From Minisyncoccota bacterium (GTDB taxonomy: Bacteria > Patescibacteriota > Minisyncoccia > Phycocordibacterales > Phycocordibacteraceae): 64,000 bases of DNA. Position 1 is the stretch's first letter, and every line of letters begins with the position of its first letter. Below the pieces are notes generated by a model. The model did not search any database. It was not told the origin of the DNA and saw nothing but the letters and a program-made list of their open reading frames with translations. Position numbers and translations under genes: made by a program. Below, one piece after another: positions 1 to 9,341 of the stretch. Where the stretch lies: contig JBAZXD010000001.1 of assembly GCA_041660025.1 (NCBI GenBank), forward strand, positions 40,059 to 104,058. Reading direction: 5' to 3'.

Positions 1-491
1 CAGAGCTCGGAGACGCGCAATCCGGTGGAGAACAATAATTCAAGAATAGCGCTATCGCGCAGGTAATTCCGCGCCTTGTCAGGATCTTCTTCCTTCTCGA
101 ATGCTTCGCGCGGGGAACGCATAAGGCGCTCGAGCTCGGCGGAGGTGATGAGGTCGAGCTGGCGCTCGGGGAGCTTCGCGAGCTCTATCTTCTCGGGGGA
201 AATGGCGTCGATATCGCGCTTGCGGAGGAACTTCAGAAACGCGCGGAGCGCGATCATATAGTAATTCTGGGTGCGGCGTTTCATCGAGTCGGCTTTCGTG
301 CCCGGCTGACGGTTAAGCCAGAGGCGGAACTCGCGGACATTCTGTTCAGTGATGTCGCGCACATCCTTTATCTTCATCTGGCTGAAGTAGCGGGTGAGGT
401 AGCGGTCGTAATTCTCGATAGTCTTCACCGCGCGCCCGCGCTCAATCTCGATGTATTCCAGAAATTGCCTCTTCGCCGCCTCCGCATTCAT
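1..491 (-). CDS. tyrosine site-specific recombinase, XerC/XerD-like (N-terminal part; 3' end runs off the window)
   Basis: Reverse-complement translation from ATG at 491..489 reads MNAEAAKRQFLEYIEIERGRAVKTIENYDRYLTRYF...LRDSAILELLFSTGLRVSEL: an SAM-like N-terminal core-binding domain followed by the LLxSTGLRxSEL motif typical of XerC/XerD and phage integrases. It is absent from the ORF track because no stop lies in the window. Confidence 0.6.
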   Translation of the reverse strand, partial: MNAEAAKRQFLEYIEIERGRAVKTIENYDRYLTRYFSQMKIKDVRDITEQNVREFRLWLNRQPGTKADSMKRRTQNYYMIALRAFLKFLRKRDIDAISPEKIELAKLPERQLDLITSAELERLMRSPREAFEKEEDPDKARNYLRDSAILELLFSTGLRVSEL

Positions 492-583
492 TACCTAGCA
501 GTATAGCGCGGCAAATATTGTGCGCAGTACTGATTCTGCGACACTTGCGCGTTTTCGCAAGGCGTGGTAGGGTAGGGGGACTC

Positions 584-850
584 ATGCTTACGACTAAGAA
601 AAAGATGGCGGTTATGAAGAGCACCGCCCGGCACGACACGGACACCGGCTCGCCGGATGTTCAGGTCGCGCTCCTCTCGAAGCAGATCGACGAGCTCGCG
701 AAGCACCTCAAGAAGAATCCGAAGGATTTCCATTCCCGCCGGGGCCTTCTCCAGATGGTCGCCGACCGCCGTATGCATCTGCGCTATCTCGAGACCTCCG
801 ACAAGCGTCGCTACAACGCGCTTATCAAGAAGCTCGGTTTGAAGAAGTAA
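584..850 (+). CDS. rpsO: 30S ribosomal protein S15
   Basis: DTGSPDVQVALLSKQIDELAKHLKKNPKDFHSRRGLLQMV...YLETSDKRRYNALIKKLGL matches the S15 family. ATG at 584 sits 5 nt after GGGGGA; an alternative ATG is at 605. Confidence 0.9.
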   Translation: MLTTKKKMAVMKSTARHDTDTGSPDVQVALLSKQIDELAKHLKKNPKDFHSRRGLLQMVADRRMHLRYLETSDKRRYNALIKKLGLKK

Positions 851-926
851 TTTTTCTTAATGGTAGAATGTGAGTAGTGGCGTTGCCACGAGTTTCATTA
901 TTTCGTTTCTATAAGTATTTATTTTT

Positions 927-1442
927 ATGGCAGTTATCAAACATCCAGCCCAGCGCGTCGGGGTATTCATCGACACGCAGAATCTCTATCACAGCGCCAA
1001 GCATCTCTATAAAGCGCGCGTGAACTTCGCAAAGGTCCTCGAAGAGGCCGTCGGTGGTCGCGTACTCGTGCGCGCCATCGCCTATGTCATCTCGACCGAG
1101 GCGGGTGACGAGACCAACTTCTTCGAAGCGCTCACGAAGATAGGCATCGAGACCAAGGTAAAGGGCCTCCAGGTCTTCGCCGACGGCGCGAAGAAAGCCG
1201 ACTGGGACGTCGGGCTCGCAATCGACGCGGTCAAACTCGCGCCCAAGCTCGACACAGTCATCATCGCTTCCGGCGATGGCGATTTCGTTCCGCTTATCCA
1301 GTATCTCGATATGAACGAGGGATGCCAGGTAGAGGTCATCTCCTTCGGCAAGTCTTCGTCGGGCAAATTGAAGGAAGCAGCGCACGCCTTCACCGATATG
1401 TGCGACGATCCACGCAAATTTACTATCACCTCGCGGGCATAA
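927..1442 (+). CDS. NYN/LabA-like domain protein (PIN-like putative RNase)
   Basis: VFIDTQNLYHS...DWDVGLAIDA...IIASGDGDFVPL motifs of the NYN (PF01936) fold. The last 18 codons lie inside direct repeat copy 1. Confidence 0.7.
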   Translation: MAVIKHPAQRVGVFIDTQNLYHSAKHLYKARVNFAKVLEEAVGGRVLVRAIAYVISTEAGDETNFFEALTKIGIETKVKGLQVFADGAKKADWDVGLAIDAVKLAPKLDTVIIASGDGDFVPLIQYLDMNEGCQVEVISFGKSSSGKLKEAAHAFTDMCDDPRKFTITSRA

Positions 1443-1443
1443 C
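1389..1443. repeat. direct repeat copy 1 (55 bp), which is the in-use 3' end of the NYN gene
   Basis: ttcaccgatatgtgcgacgatccacgcaaatttactatcacctcgcgggcataac. It is 52/55 identical to 2896..2950; all three differences are synonymous third-position changes, AT-richer in this copy. Confidence 0.8.
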
Positions 1444-1498
1444 TAGTTCGGCAAAAGAAAGCCCCGCGCATTGCGCGAGGCTTAATCGAAATCTGCAC

Positions 1499-1936
1499 CT
1501 AAATGACGTAAGCGAATCCATTAGAAGGTGCTTTCCAGAGACAATCGAGATCATCTGATGCCCCATCTAGCGATCCATTACGACCATAGCGGGTTATCTG
1601 CAGGAAAGGACTATCGCCCAAGACAACAATCGTAAAAAGACCCATAGCTTCAATATCCTCGTTCGAAAACTTGTCCCGAATGAGGCAAGCGACCTCCGCA
1701 GCCGATACGGACTCACCCCTTGTAAAGTTGTGACGAGGTATTACTCCGTCAAGTATGGCTACTTCCACCGTCCTGCCGAAAGTCGGCCTGAAACTATCGC
1801 TACGGAGGACATCTTTGGCGTGGAAATCAATTTCGAAGCTCTTCTTTTCCAATCGCTCAATCCATATAGGACCGGTTGTTCCGTCAGAGGTAACCCTGAG
1901 AAGGATTACGCCGTCTTGTTTCCGCCAGTTGTTCAT
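1499..1936 (-). CDS. hypothetical protein (145 aa), islet cargo
   Basis: Complete ORF with intermediate GC. No family recognised by eye (MNNWRKQDGVILLRVTSDGTTGPIWIERLE...GLFTIVVLGDSPFLQITRYGRNGSLDGASDDLDCLW). Divergent from the TrmB-like gene across an extremely AT-rich 165-bp spacer. Confidence 0.4.
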   Translation of the reverse strand: MNNWRKQDGVILLRVTSDGTTGPIWIERLEKKSFEIDFHAKDVLRSDSFRPTFGRTVEVAILDGVIPRHNFTRGESVSAAEVACLIRDKFSNEDIEAMGLFTIVVLGDSPFLQITRYGRNGSLDGASDDLDCLWKAPSNGFAYVI

Positions 1937-2101
1937 TTAGTACCTCCGTGAATTAATGGGTAAAAGACCAGCCACCAGCCAAAATATAGCATATGACTAC
2001 ACTAAAGTCAATATAAAGTACCGCGTTTGCAATATATTTATGAAAGATGTATATTTAAAACATACACATTTAAATTAAAGGTGGTTCCCGCCACTATTTT
2101 T

Positions 2102-2884
2102 ATGGTCAATTCTGAAAACAAAGAAGAATCCGCTCTTTACACTTCTCTTAAGGAATTGGGTTTAAGCGACCCGGAAGCCAATTTATATGCTGTTTCTCTT
2201 AAGCTTGGGCCAAGCTCAATTTCTGAACTGGCAAAAAATGTGAATGTCTCTCGTCCAAATGTTTATAAAATTATAGAGGGCCTTCAGATGTATGGACTCG
2301 CATCTTTTTATGGAAAAGAGAAATACGCTCGCAACTTCATGGTTGAATCCCCGACGATTGTTTTTGAGAAACTTCAAGCAAAGAAGGAATCGTTAAATAG
2401 GCTTGGACATCAGATTGTTACTGAATTGCCTGAATTGCTTGCACTTTATCAACAGGGCGGGAAAGACACGAAAATAAAAATTCTTAAAGGGCGAGAACAA
2501 TATGTAAGAGTGTTCCTTCAAACAGCTGATGAAACAGCAAATGGAGGAGTGATTGAATTTTTTGGGTCAGCGGAGGATTTTATTGGTCTTACTGGTTGGG
2601 ACACGGAGAAAATCTGGATTAAAAAGCGTATTAAGAAAAATATTTCAGTGAAATCACTCGTTCCGCCAGGATCTGTCGCGATGCTCAAAAAGAATCAAGA
2701 GGACGAATTAAGAGAGGTAAGGATTTATAGTGGAAACTTTTCTTTTAGTACCGCTTTCGAGCTCTTTGGAAACAAAATGATCGTTTGGCAGCCCGTGGCA
2801 CCGCTAGCTGTCCTCATTGAGGATCAATATATAGTTTCTATGTTTCGCAGTATCTTTTATACCTTGTGGGGAAAGTCAAAATGA
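2102..2884 (+). CDS. TrmB-like winged-helix transcriptional regulator with uncharacterised C-terminal domain
   Basis: N-terminus SLKELGLSDPEANLYAVSLKLGPSSISELAKNVNVSRPNVYKIIEGLQMYGLAS fits the TrmB-type HTH. The ORF track starts at a TTG at 2027; the ATG at 2102 (MVNSENKEE...) is more plausible. Low GC (AT-rich codons throughout). Confidence 0.5.
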   Translation: MVNSENKEESALYTSLKELGLSDPEANLYAVSLKLGPSSISELAKNVNVSRPNVYKIIEGLQMYGLASFYGKEKYARNFMVESPTIVFEKLQAKKESLNRLGHQIVTELPELLALYQQGGKDTKIKILKGREQYVRVFLQTADETANGGVIEFFGSAEDFIGLTGWDTEKIWIKKRIKKNISVKSLVPPGSVAMLKKNQEDELREVRIYSGNFSFSTAFELFGNKMIVWQPVAPLAVLIEDQYIVSMFRSIFYTLWGKSK

Positions 2885-2895
2885 TTATATGTTAC

Positions 2896-2950
2896 TTCAC
2901 CGATATGTGCGACGACCCGCGCAAATTTACCATCACCTCGCGGGCATAAC
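2896..2950. repeat. direct repeat copy 2 (55 bp), the displaced GC-rich copy of the NYN gene 3' end
   Basis: ttcaccgatatgtgcgacgacccgcgcaaatttaccatcacctcgcgggcataac. In frame it would encode the same FTDMCDDPRKFTITSRA* peptide as copy 1. Confidence 0.8.
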
Positions 2951-2986
2951 GCCGAGCATAGTGCGTTCGGTGCGGTACTATAGAGA

Positions 2987-4099
2987 GTGATGGACGAGCC
3001 GAAGAAATATATCCGCACATTCGCGGGAGATATGGAGACCCTGAAAAAGGGAGGCACGCCTGATCTCGCACCGTTGCGCACTGTTCCAGCTGTACCATCC
3101 GTACCGTCCGCACAGCCGCCTGTCGCGACGCTCCCCGCACAACCGCTCCCGACGCCGCCTCCGCCTGAACCACAGAAGATCGCGGAGCCGTTCCCGAGCG
3201 TCGCGCCGAAGGAGCCCGCGGCGGCGCCGCTCAAGACCTATTCGGGCGACTTTTTCGACCGGATGAAGGCGACGAAGGCTACGACCGCCACCGTGCTCGC
3301 CGCCGAACAGGATTCGGCGCCGATTATTTCGCAACCGCCCCCAGAAAAATTTTCACGCAGCAATATTCTCTACAGCATCGCGGGCGGCATACTGCTTATT
3401 GCCGGCATAGCCGGAGCGTATGTCGCGTACACGCGCTACCTCGCCGTATCCTCTCCGATATTGCCGGTCCTCACGGTCTCGGCGCCGATATTCGTCGACG
3501 AACGCGAGCAGATTTCTGGCACGGGTACTACGCTCTTTCAGGCAATCGGACAGTTAACGACGCGTCCGCTTGCGGCCGGCGCCGTCCGACTCCTCTCTCT
3601 CGACGCTACGGCCACTACCAGCGTATTCTCAGCGCTCCAGGTGCCGGCACCCAGCGTCCTACTCCGCAACGTGGTCACCGCCGGGAGTATGGCGGGCGTC
3701 GTGTCCACGGGAGGTGGAACACAAAGCCCGTTCTTCATCCTTTCGGTCGCTTCCTTCGGGGATACCTTCGCCGGTATGTTGCAGTGGGAGCCGCTTATAT
3801 TGCGCGACCTCGCCAGACTTTTCCCGCCATATCCGGCTCCGGCGATAGCGACCACGACGAGTGCGACCACGACGCTGAAGAGCACGGGGAAAACGGCTTC
3901 CACGACGCCGCCCGCGCCCGCCGCTCGCTTCGTCGATGCGATCGTCGCTAATCACGATGTCCGCGTCTATCGCGACACGCTCGGCCGGGACATCCTGCTC
4001 TACGGCTATTGGAATCAGACGACGCTCGTTATCGCGCGCGACGTCGCCGCGTTCACCGAGATCATAGGAAGACTTGCAACTTCCCGTGCACAACTCTAG
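2987..4099 (+). CDS. hypothetical single-pass membrane protein with proline-rich N-terminal region
   Basis: 370-aa ORF. P/A-rich low-complexity stretch (PAVPSVPSAQPPVATLPAQPLPTPPPPEPQ), one TM helix (ILYSIAGGILLIAGIAGAYVAYTRYL), then a ~220-aa extracytoplasmic domain. No family recognised. Confidence 0.5.
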   Translation: MMDEPKKYIRTFAGDMETLKKGGTPDLAPLRTVPAVPSVPSAQPPVATLPAQPLPTPPPPEPQKIAEPFPSVAPKEPAAAPLKTYSGDFFDRMKATKATTATVLAAEQDSAPIISQPPPEKFSRSNILYSIAGGILLIAGIAGAYVAYTRYLAVSSPILPVLTVSAPIFVDEREQISGTGTTLFQAIGQLTTRPLAAGAVRLLSLDATATTSVFSALQVPAPSVLLRNVVTAGSMAGVVSTGGGTQSPFFILSVASFGDTFAGMLQWEPLILRDLARLFPPYPAPAIATTTSATTTLKSTGKTASTTPPAPAARFVDAIVANHDVRVYRDTLGRDILLYGYWNQTTLVIARDVAAFTEIIGRLATSRAQL

Positions 4100-4119
4100 G
4101 TGTCTGCTATTATCCCTGC

Positions 4120-4467
4120 ATGAAGACCGAACACTTCAGGAAGAAACTCTCCGCGGAGAAGGCGCGACTGGAATCAGAAATGGGAACGGTCGGTCGCCAG
4201 AATCCTGCGGTGCCCGGTGACTGGGAATCGGTCCCGTCGGAGACGGGCGTCGAATCCGACCTCGCCGACCAGGCCGACATCGTGATGAGCCGCGAGGGCA
4301 ACAGTGCTATCCTCGCCGATCTTGAAGCACGGTACGACACGGTCATCTCAGCGCTCGCGCGGCTCGAGAACGGCACGTACGGGAAGTGCGAAGTCTGCGG
4401 CAAGAAGATAGAAGAAGAGCGTCTCGAGGCCAACCCCACCGCGACGACCTGCGTCGAACATTTGTAA
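4120..4467 (+). CDS. DksA/TraR-family zinc-finger protein
   Basis: [20 protein letters not shown]...[30 protein letters not shown]: coiled-coil plus C-terminal CxxC...C zinc finger of the DksA/TraR type. ATG at 4120 lies inside the longer track ORF 4009..4467. Confidence 0.65.
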   Translation: MKTEHFRKKLSAEKARLESEMGTVGRQNPAVPGDWESVPSETGVESDLADQADIVMSREGNSAILADLEARYDTVISALARLENGTYGKCEVCGKKIEEERLEANPTATTCVEHL

Positions 4468-4472
4468 TACTC

Positions 4473-6053
4473 ATGCCCGCGGCGCGCTCGGAATCCGCAA
4501 CAGTCCGCCCGTCCGCTCCCTTGAAGAGAGCCGCGCCGAAAAGCGGCTACGCCAAGACGCTTGCCGCACAACCGGTCGGCTCCGGCGCGGAGATCATTAC
4601 CGTCGAGGCCGACCTCACGCGCGGTTTGCATAATTTCTCGGTCGTCGGGCTCGCCGACAAGGCGGTCGATGAGGCGCGCGATCGGGTTAGCGCCGCGATA
4701 CGCCACTCCGGTCACAAGCCACCCAAACAGCAGAACAAACGTATCGTCCTCTCGCTCTCGCCAGCGGACCTGAAGAAAGAAGGCTCGCACTACGACCTCG
4801 CGCTCGCGCTTGCTTACCTCATCGCCGCCGGCGACCTCGCGCCGCTTGAAAGCGAGATGCTGTTTGCCGGCGAGCTCGCGCTCGACGGGACTCTGCGGAG
4901 CGTGCGTGGCATACTCCCGCAAGTGCTCGCCGCCAAGCGCCGCAAGGTCAAGACGATGTTCGTCCCGCCAGGAAATGCGCGCGAGGCGCTTCTCGCGGAA
5001 GGCGTGGCGATCTATGCGCCAAAGTCGCTTGCGGAACTTTTACAGCATTTGAAAGGGGAGAAGCCGCTTCCACGCCTTCTGCGCGACCGCCGCGCGCCGG
5101 TGCCGCCGCCCGCGCTCGACCTCCAGGATGTGAAAGGGCAAGAGAGTGCGAAGCGCGCACTCGAGATCGCCGCCGCCGGTCGCCACAACATCGTCTTTTA
5201 CGGCCCGCCGGGGACAGGGAAGACGATGCTCGCTCGCGCGCTCTCCGGCATCCTCCCGCCGCTCTCCGATGACGAGATGCTCGAGGTAACAGCGATACAC
5301 TCGACCGCCGGACTGCTCAAAGACGGCGAGGCAGTCTACTGGCCGCCCCTGCGCGCGCCGCACCACTCGATATCCCACGTCGCCATCGTCGGCGGGGGCA
5401 CGTTCCCGAAGGCGGGCGAGGTAACGCTCGCGCACAAGGGTGTCCTCTTCCTCGACGAATTCCCCGAGTTCGACTCCCGCACGCTCGAAGCGCTCCGTCA
5501 GCCGCTCGAAGACCGCGTCGTAACCGTCTCGCGCGCACGGGCGAGCATTACCTTCCCGGCCGACTGTATGATCGTCGCGGCGATGAATCCCGCGGACACA
5601 CTCTCCGACGACGCGCGGGTCGCCTTTCGCGCCGCGGCGAAGCAGGCGCGCCGCATCAGCCGGCCCATCGTCGACCGCCTCGACCTCTGGATCGAAGTGC
5701 CGCTCGTTCCGCACGCGACACTTGCGAAACTGAGTACCGGAGAATCGTCGGAGAGCGTCCGCGAACGCGTCGTCGGCGCGCGAGTACGGGCGGCGAAGCG
5801 AAGCGGTAAGTCAGGCGCGACGAACGCCGCGCTCTCTGGTCGTGAACTCGACGAAAAAAGTGGATTTACCCCGGAAGCGAAGGAGACGCTTACCCAGTCT
5901 GCCGCGCGCCTCAATCTCTCGCCGCGGAGCTACCACCGCACGATGCGCGTCGCGCGCACCATCGCCGACCTCGCCGGCGTCGAAGCGGTCACTCCGGCTT
6001 TCGTGCACGAGGCTCTACAATATCGCCCCCGCGGTCTCTTCGGATTTGAATGA
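4473..6053 (+). CDS. comM: YifB/ComM-family Mg-chelatase-like AAA+ ATPase
   Basis: Lon-like N-terminal domain, Walker [28 protein letters not shown], and C-terminal Mg-chelatase domain. ATG at 4473 (MPAARSE...). Confidence 0.85.
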   Translation: MPAARSESATVRPSAPLKRAAPKSGYAKTLAAQPVGSGAEIITVEADLTRGLHNFSVVGLADKAVDEARDRVSAAIRHSGHKPPKQQNKRIVLSLSPADLKKEGSHYDLALALAYLIAAGDLAPLESEMLFAGELALDGTLRSVRGILPQVLAAKRRKVKTMFVPPGNAREALLAEGVAIYAPKSLAELLQHLKGEKPLPRLLRDRRAPVPPPALDLQDVKGQESAKRALEIAAAGRHNIVFYGPPGTGKTMLARALSGILPPLSDDEMLEVTAIHSTAGLLKDGEAVYWPPLRAPHHSISHVAIVGGGTFPKAGEVTLAHKGVLFLDEFPEFDSRTLEALRQPLEDRVVTVSRARASITFPADCMIVAAMNPADTLSDDARVAFRAAAKQARRISRPIVDRLDLWIEVPLVPHATLAKLSTGESSESVRERVVGARVRAAKRSGKSGATNAALSGRELDEKSGFTPEAKETLTQSAARLNLSPRSYHRTMRVARTIADLAGVEAVTPAFVHEALQYRPRGLFGFE

Positions 6054-6060
6054 TCGATGC

Positions 6061-6099
6061 AAAAATCCCGCGATGCCGGAGGCATCGCGGGATTTTTAT
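6061..6099. terminator. bidirectional intrinsic terminator between convergent comM-like and M23 peptidase genes
   Basis: aaaaatcccgcgatgcc-ggag-ggcatcgcgggattttt: a 13-bp perfect stem with an A-tract on one side and a T-tract on the other. Confidence 0.6.
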
Positions 6100-6186
6100 A
6101 AAGAGCTTACTACGACGAGCGAGGGAACAAACGAATGCATTTTGTTTGTTCCTCGAGCGAGGAAGGAGAAAGCGTGCAAGTAACGC

Positions 6187-7299
6187 TTATTGGGGAGCAC
6201 AGACAGCGCCGACAGAGCAATTACGGAAAGGATTGGCCGCGCCGCGGACTTCGAAGTGGAGATGCGCTCCGGTTGAGAGACCGGTCGAGCCGACATAGCC
6301 GATAATCTGGCCGGACGCGACCGACTGTCCCGGCGAGACCGCGACGCTCCGCATGTGCGAATAGAGGGTCTGTGAACCATTACCGTGCGTGATAACGACG
6401 TAGTTGCCGTAGCCGCCATTCCAGCCGCCGCCGCCGCGCGCGACGATGACGGTCCCGTCGGCGGCGGCGCGGATCGTCGTGCCGCGCGAGGCGCCGAAGT
6501 CGACGCCGTTCCAGCCGTGAAGTCTCTGCGTGAGGACGGCGCCCGGGATGGGATTGCTGTAGTAGCCCGTCTGTGCGGAGCCACCACCACCCAAGAAAGG
6601 TTCGCGGATGGTGGATGACGGACGTGCGCTCGACGCGGGCGCGATGATCTCGCCGCCCGGGATGATGATGGTTGAACCGACCTTAAGAGGTTCCGCCGGA
6701 TCGAGACCGTTGAACTGAGCTATATCACCCGCATCGGCACTGTATTTCTTGGCGAGCGACTTGAGCGTATCGCCCTTCGCGATCACGCGCTCGACGCCCG
6801 AGACGGGCAGGATGACGAGCGTATCGCCCGGATGCACATCCCGCGTGCTCTTCAGATTGTTCGCCCACAGGATGGTATTTACCGAGACACCGAACATGTT
6901 CGAGATATCCGAGAGGGTATCGCCCGCGCGCACTACGTAGACCGAGATGCGGTCGGGTTGTACTGCACCCTCGACGTCCGCCAGCGTGCCGGAGGGGCCG
7001 CTATAGGAGACGAGCGCCGCACCGCCAGAGGTAGCGAGCGCTATGGGCGCCCCGGGGTTCGGGTTCCTGTTTATTGACGCCATCAATACCGGCGTCGAAG
7101 CGCTCGGGACGAGCGCATTGGTCGTTGCCGCCCCCGCATTCGTAGAAAAAGGCCAGAACGCACTTGCGTGGTTCGGCAAGATTGCGGCGGCACCTACGAC
7201 GGCCGCGAATCCGAGTATGAAGAATTGTTTGTTGAATGTAATGGGAAAACGAGGGTGTCGGCGGGTCTTTCTAATACAAAAATGGCTTACATAAGCCAT
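6187..7299 (-). CDS. secreted LysM-domain M23-family peptidoglycan endopeptidase
   Basis: Signal-like N-terminus. LysM motifs (YVVRAGDTLSDISNMFGVSVNTILWAN; IAKGDTLKSLAKKYSADAGDIAQFNGL). M23 catalytic motifs HxxxD...GYVGSTGLSTGAHLHFEVR. The exact start is uncertain. Confidence 0.8.
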   Translation of the reverse strand: MAYVSHFCIRKTRRHPRFPITFNKQFFILGFAAVVGAAAILPNHASAFWPFSTNAGAATTNALVPSASTPVLMASINRNPNPGAPIALATSGGAALVSYSGPSGTLADVEGAVQPDRISVYVVRAGDTLSDISNMFGVSVNTILWANNLKSTRDVHPGDTLVILPVSGVERVIAKGDTLKSLAKKYSADAGDIAQFNGLDPAEPLKVGSTIIIPGGEIIAPASSARPSSTIREPFLGGGGSAQTGYYSNPIPGAVLTQRLHGWNGVDFGASRGTTIRAAADGTVIVARGGGGWNGGYGNYVVITHGNGSQTLYSHMRSVAVSPGQSVASGQIIGYVGSTGLSTGAHLHFEVRGAANPFRNCSVGAVCAPQ

Positions 7300-7358
7300 T
7301 TCTTGCGTACTTCCATATCAGCTATACCCCGAGTATAGCCGAGGGGGGCGCTTCGTCA

Positions 7359-9341
7359 ATGAAGCCTCTAAACGCCTGTGGAGAACGGTTTTTAGGGTAT
7401 ATTTGGAAAGTGAAATACCTCGACGGATTAAATGAGGCGCAAAAACGGGCTGTCCTTGCAAAGGACGGCCCGATCTCGGTCCTCGCGGGCGCCGGAAGCG
7501 GGAAAACGCGGGTGCTCACCACGCGGATATACCATCTGATACGCGAAGGCGTCGCGGCGGAGCAGATCCTCGCCGTTACCTTCACCAACAAGGCCGCCCG
7601 TGAGATGCGCGAACGGGTGCGGGGACAGCTCGGCGCGGACCCTTCGATGGACTCAGGACAGGCGGGGCCGCTCCCGTTCATCGCCACCTTCCACGGTCTT
7701 GGCCGCGAGCTCCTCGAGAGCTACGGGAAGGCGATTGGCATCTCGCGCTACTTCAGCGTCTACGACCGCGACGATTCTGAAAAGGCGATCGGCGCGGCGC
7801 TTAAGGCGCTCGATGTCGGCGCGAAGGAGCTTTCGCCGCGCGCGGTCCTCGGCCGCATCTCGCGCGAGAAGGGTGCCGGGATGCGCGCGAATGAATTTTA
7901 TGAGAAGCACGGCCGCGGGAGCTTCGGCGCGCGCGTCGTCGCGGAGGCGTGGCTTCGCTACGAGAAAACACTTGCGGCAGAGAAATCGCTCGACTTCGAC
8001 GACCTCATCGCTCTGCCCGTGCGGCTCCTCGAGGAGCACGCCGACATCCGCGCACTCGCGCAGGACCGCTGGCGCTACATCCACATCGACGAATATCAGG
8101 ACACCAATGCGCTCCAGGGACGGCTCGCGAATATGCTCGCCTCGAAACATCGGAACCTCTTCGTCGTCGGCGACATCGACCAGACTATCTACACGTGGCG
8201 CGGCGCAACGATTGAGAACCTGCTTGAATTCGACAAAACGTATCCGGATGCGCAAACGATTATTCTCGAACAGAACTATCGTTCGACGAAAAATCTCGTC
8301 GACGCCGCGAACGCGGTTATCGAGAAGAACAAGAATCGTAAGGAGAAGTATTCGACGACGAAAAAGGCAACCGGCGAGCCGATCCTTGTGCATATGGCGC
8401 GAAGCGCGGACGACGAGGCGCGCTGGATCGCGCTCCGGATACGGCAATTAATGAGCGCGGGCCAGAAACCGGAGGGGATCGCTATACTCTTCCGCACCAA
8501 CTTTCAATCCCGCGCGCTCGAGGAGGGGCTCCTGCGCGCGGGCGTGCCGTACAAGCTGCTCGGCACGCGCTTCTTCGCGCGCAAGGAGGTGAAGGATGCG
8601 CTCGCCTGGATGCGTCTTGCGATGGACTCCTCGCGCGAGGTCGACAAGCTGCGCGCGGCGGCTGCGCCGCCGCGCGGGCTCGGTAAGGTGACGCTCGCGA
8701 AGCTCGCGGCGGGCCAGCGTTCATTGCTTCGCGCCGGCGACCTTACGAAGGTCGAACAATTCGAACAGATCGTCGCAGAGCTCGCGGGCGCCTCGCTCGT
8801 CCTCTCGCCCTCCGCATTCGTAAGACTCGTCATCGAGAAGAGTGGTATACGCCGCGCGCTCTACGACGAGGGGAGCGCGGAGGACCGCGAGCGCTTCGAG
8901 AACGTCGAAGAGCTCGCCTCGGTCGCCGCACGGCACGATGCGATGCCGGGCAGAGAGGGAATCGCCGCATTTCTCGCCGAATCCGCCTTGGCGAGCGATC
9001 AGGACGAGATGGATCAGGGCGAAAAGAAAGGCGTCACGCTTATGACGGTTCATTCGGCGAAGGGACTCGAGTTCGATACGGTATTCGTGAGCGGTATGGA
9101 AGAAGGACTCTTCCCGCATCAGGGGATGGGGAATGAGGGAGATCGTGATGAAGAGGAGGAGCGACGGCTCTTCTACGTCGCAATGACGCGCGCGAAAGAG
9201 CGCCTCATCCTCACGCTCGCGCGCGTTCGCAAGATTTACGGCAGTGACTTCGCGTCGGAGCCCTCGTCATTTCTCGCGGATATCGACGGAGCGCTGATGC
9301 ACTATGACGAGACCGAAGGAGAAGAGGTTATCGAGGCCTAA
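7359..9341 (+). CDS. UvrD/PcrA/Rep-family ATP-dependent DNA helicase
   Basis: Walker A AGAGSGKTRVLT, helicase motifs TFHGLG, DEYQDTN, VGDIDQTIY, C-terminal VTLMTVHSAKGLEFDTVFV. GAGGGGGG RBS 10 nt before the ATG at 7359. Confidence 0.85.
   Translation: MKPLNACGERFLGYIWKVKYLDGLNEAQKRAVLAKDGPISVLAGAGSGKTRVLTTRIYHLIREGVAAEQILAVTFTNKAAREMRERVRGQLGADPSMDSGQAGPLPFIATFHGLGRELLESYGKAIGISRYFSVYDRDDSEKAIGAALKALDVGAKELSPRAVLGRISREKGAGMRANEFYEKHGRGSFGARVVAEAWLRYEKTLAAEKSLDFDDLIALPVRLLEEHADIRALAQDRWRYIHIDEYQDTNALQGRLANMLASKHRNLFVVGDIDQTIYTWRGATIENLLEFDKTYPDAQTIILEQNYRSTKNLVDAANAVIEKNKNRKEKYSTTKKATGEPILVHMARSADDEARWIALRIRQLMSAGQKPEGIAILFRTNFQSRALEEGLLRAGVPYKLLGTRFFARKEVKDALAWMRLAMDSSREVDKLRAAAAPPRGLGKVTLAKLAAGQRSLLRAGDLTKVEQFEQIVAELAGASLVLSPSAFVRLVIEKSGIRRALYDEGSAEDRERFENVEELASVAARHDAMPGREGIAAFLAESALASDQDEMDQGEKKGVTLMTVHSAKGLEFDTVFVSGMEEGLFPHQGMGNEGDRDEEEERRLFYVAMTRAKERLILTLARVRKIYGSDFASEPSSFLADIDGALMHYDETEGEEVIEA

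Larger units (their letters stand above)
1444..2895. mobile_element. putative integrated islet (AT-rich, two genes) between the 55-bp direct repeats; no integrase inside
   Basis: Sharp compositional drop relative to the flanking high-GC DNA (e.g. 1990..2100 is almost pure A/T). Bounded by imperfect direct repeats that duplicate the 3' end of a host gene. Contains divergent genes 1499..1936(-) and 2102..2884(+). Confidence 0.45.

Noticed and set aside
76-261. 61-aa plus-strand ORF at the window start
   Set aside because: The opposite strand encodes a convincing XerC/XerD-like N-terminal domain across 1..491; this short Ser/Arg-rich frame is its shadow.
3538-4093. several 90-144-aa ORFs on both strands inside 2987..4099
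   Set aside because: Overlapping alternative frames of the longer membrane-protein gene; no independent support.
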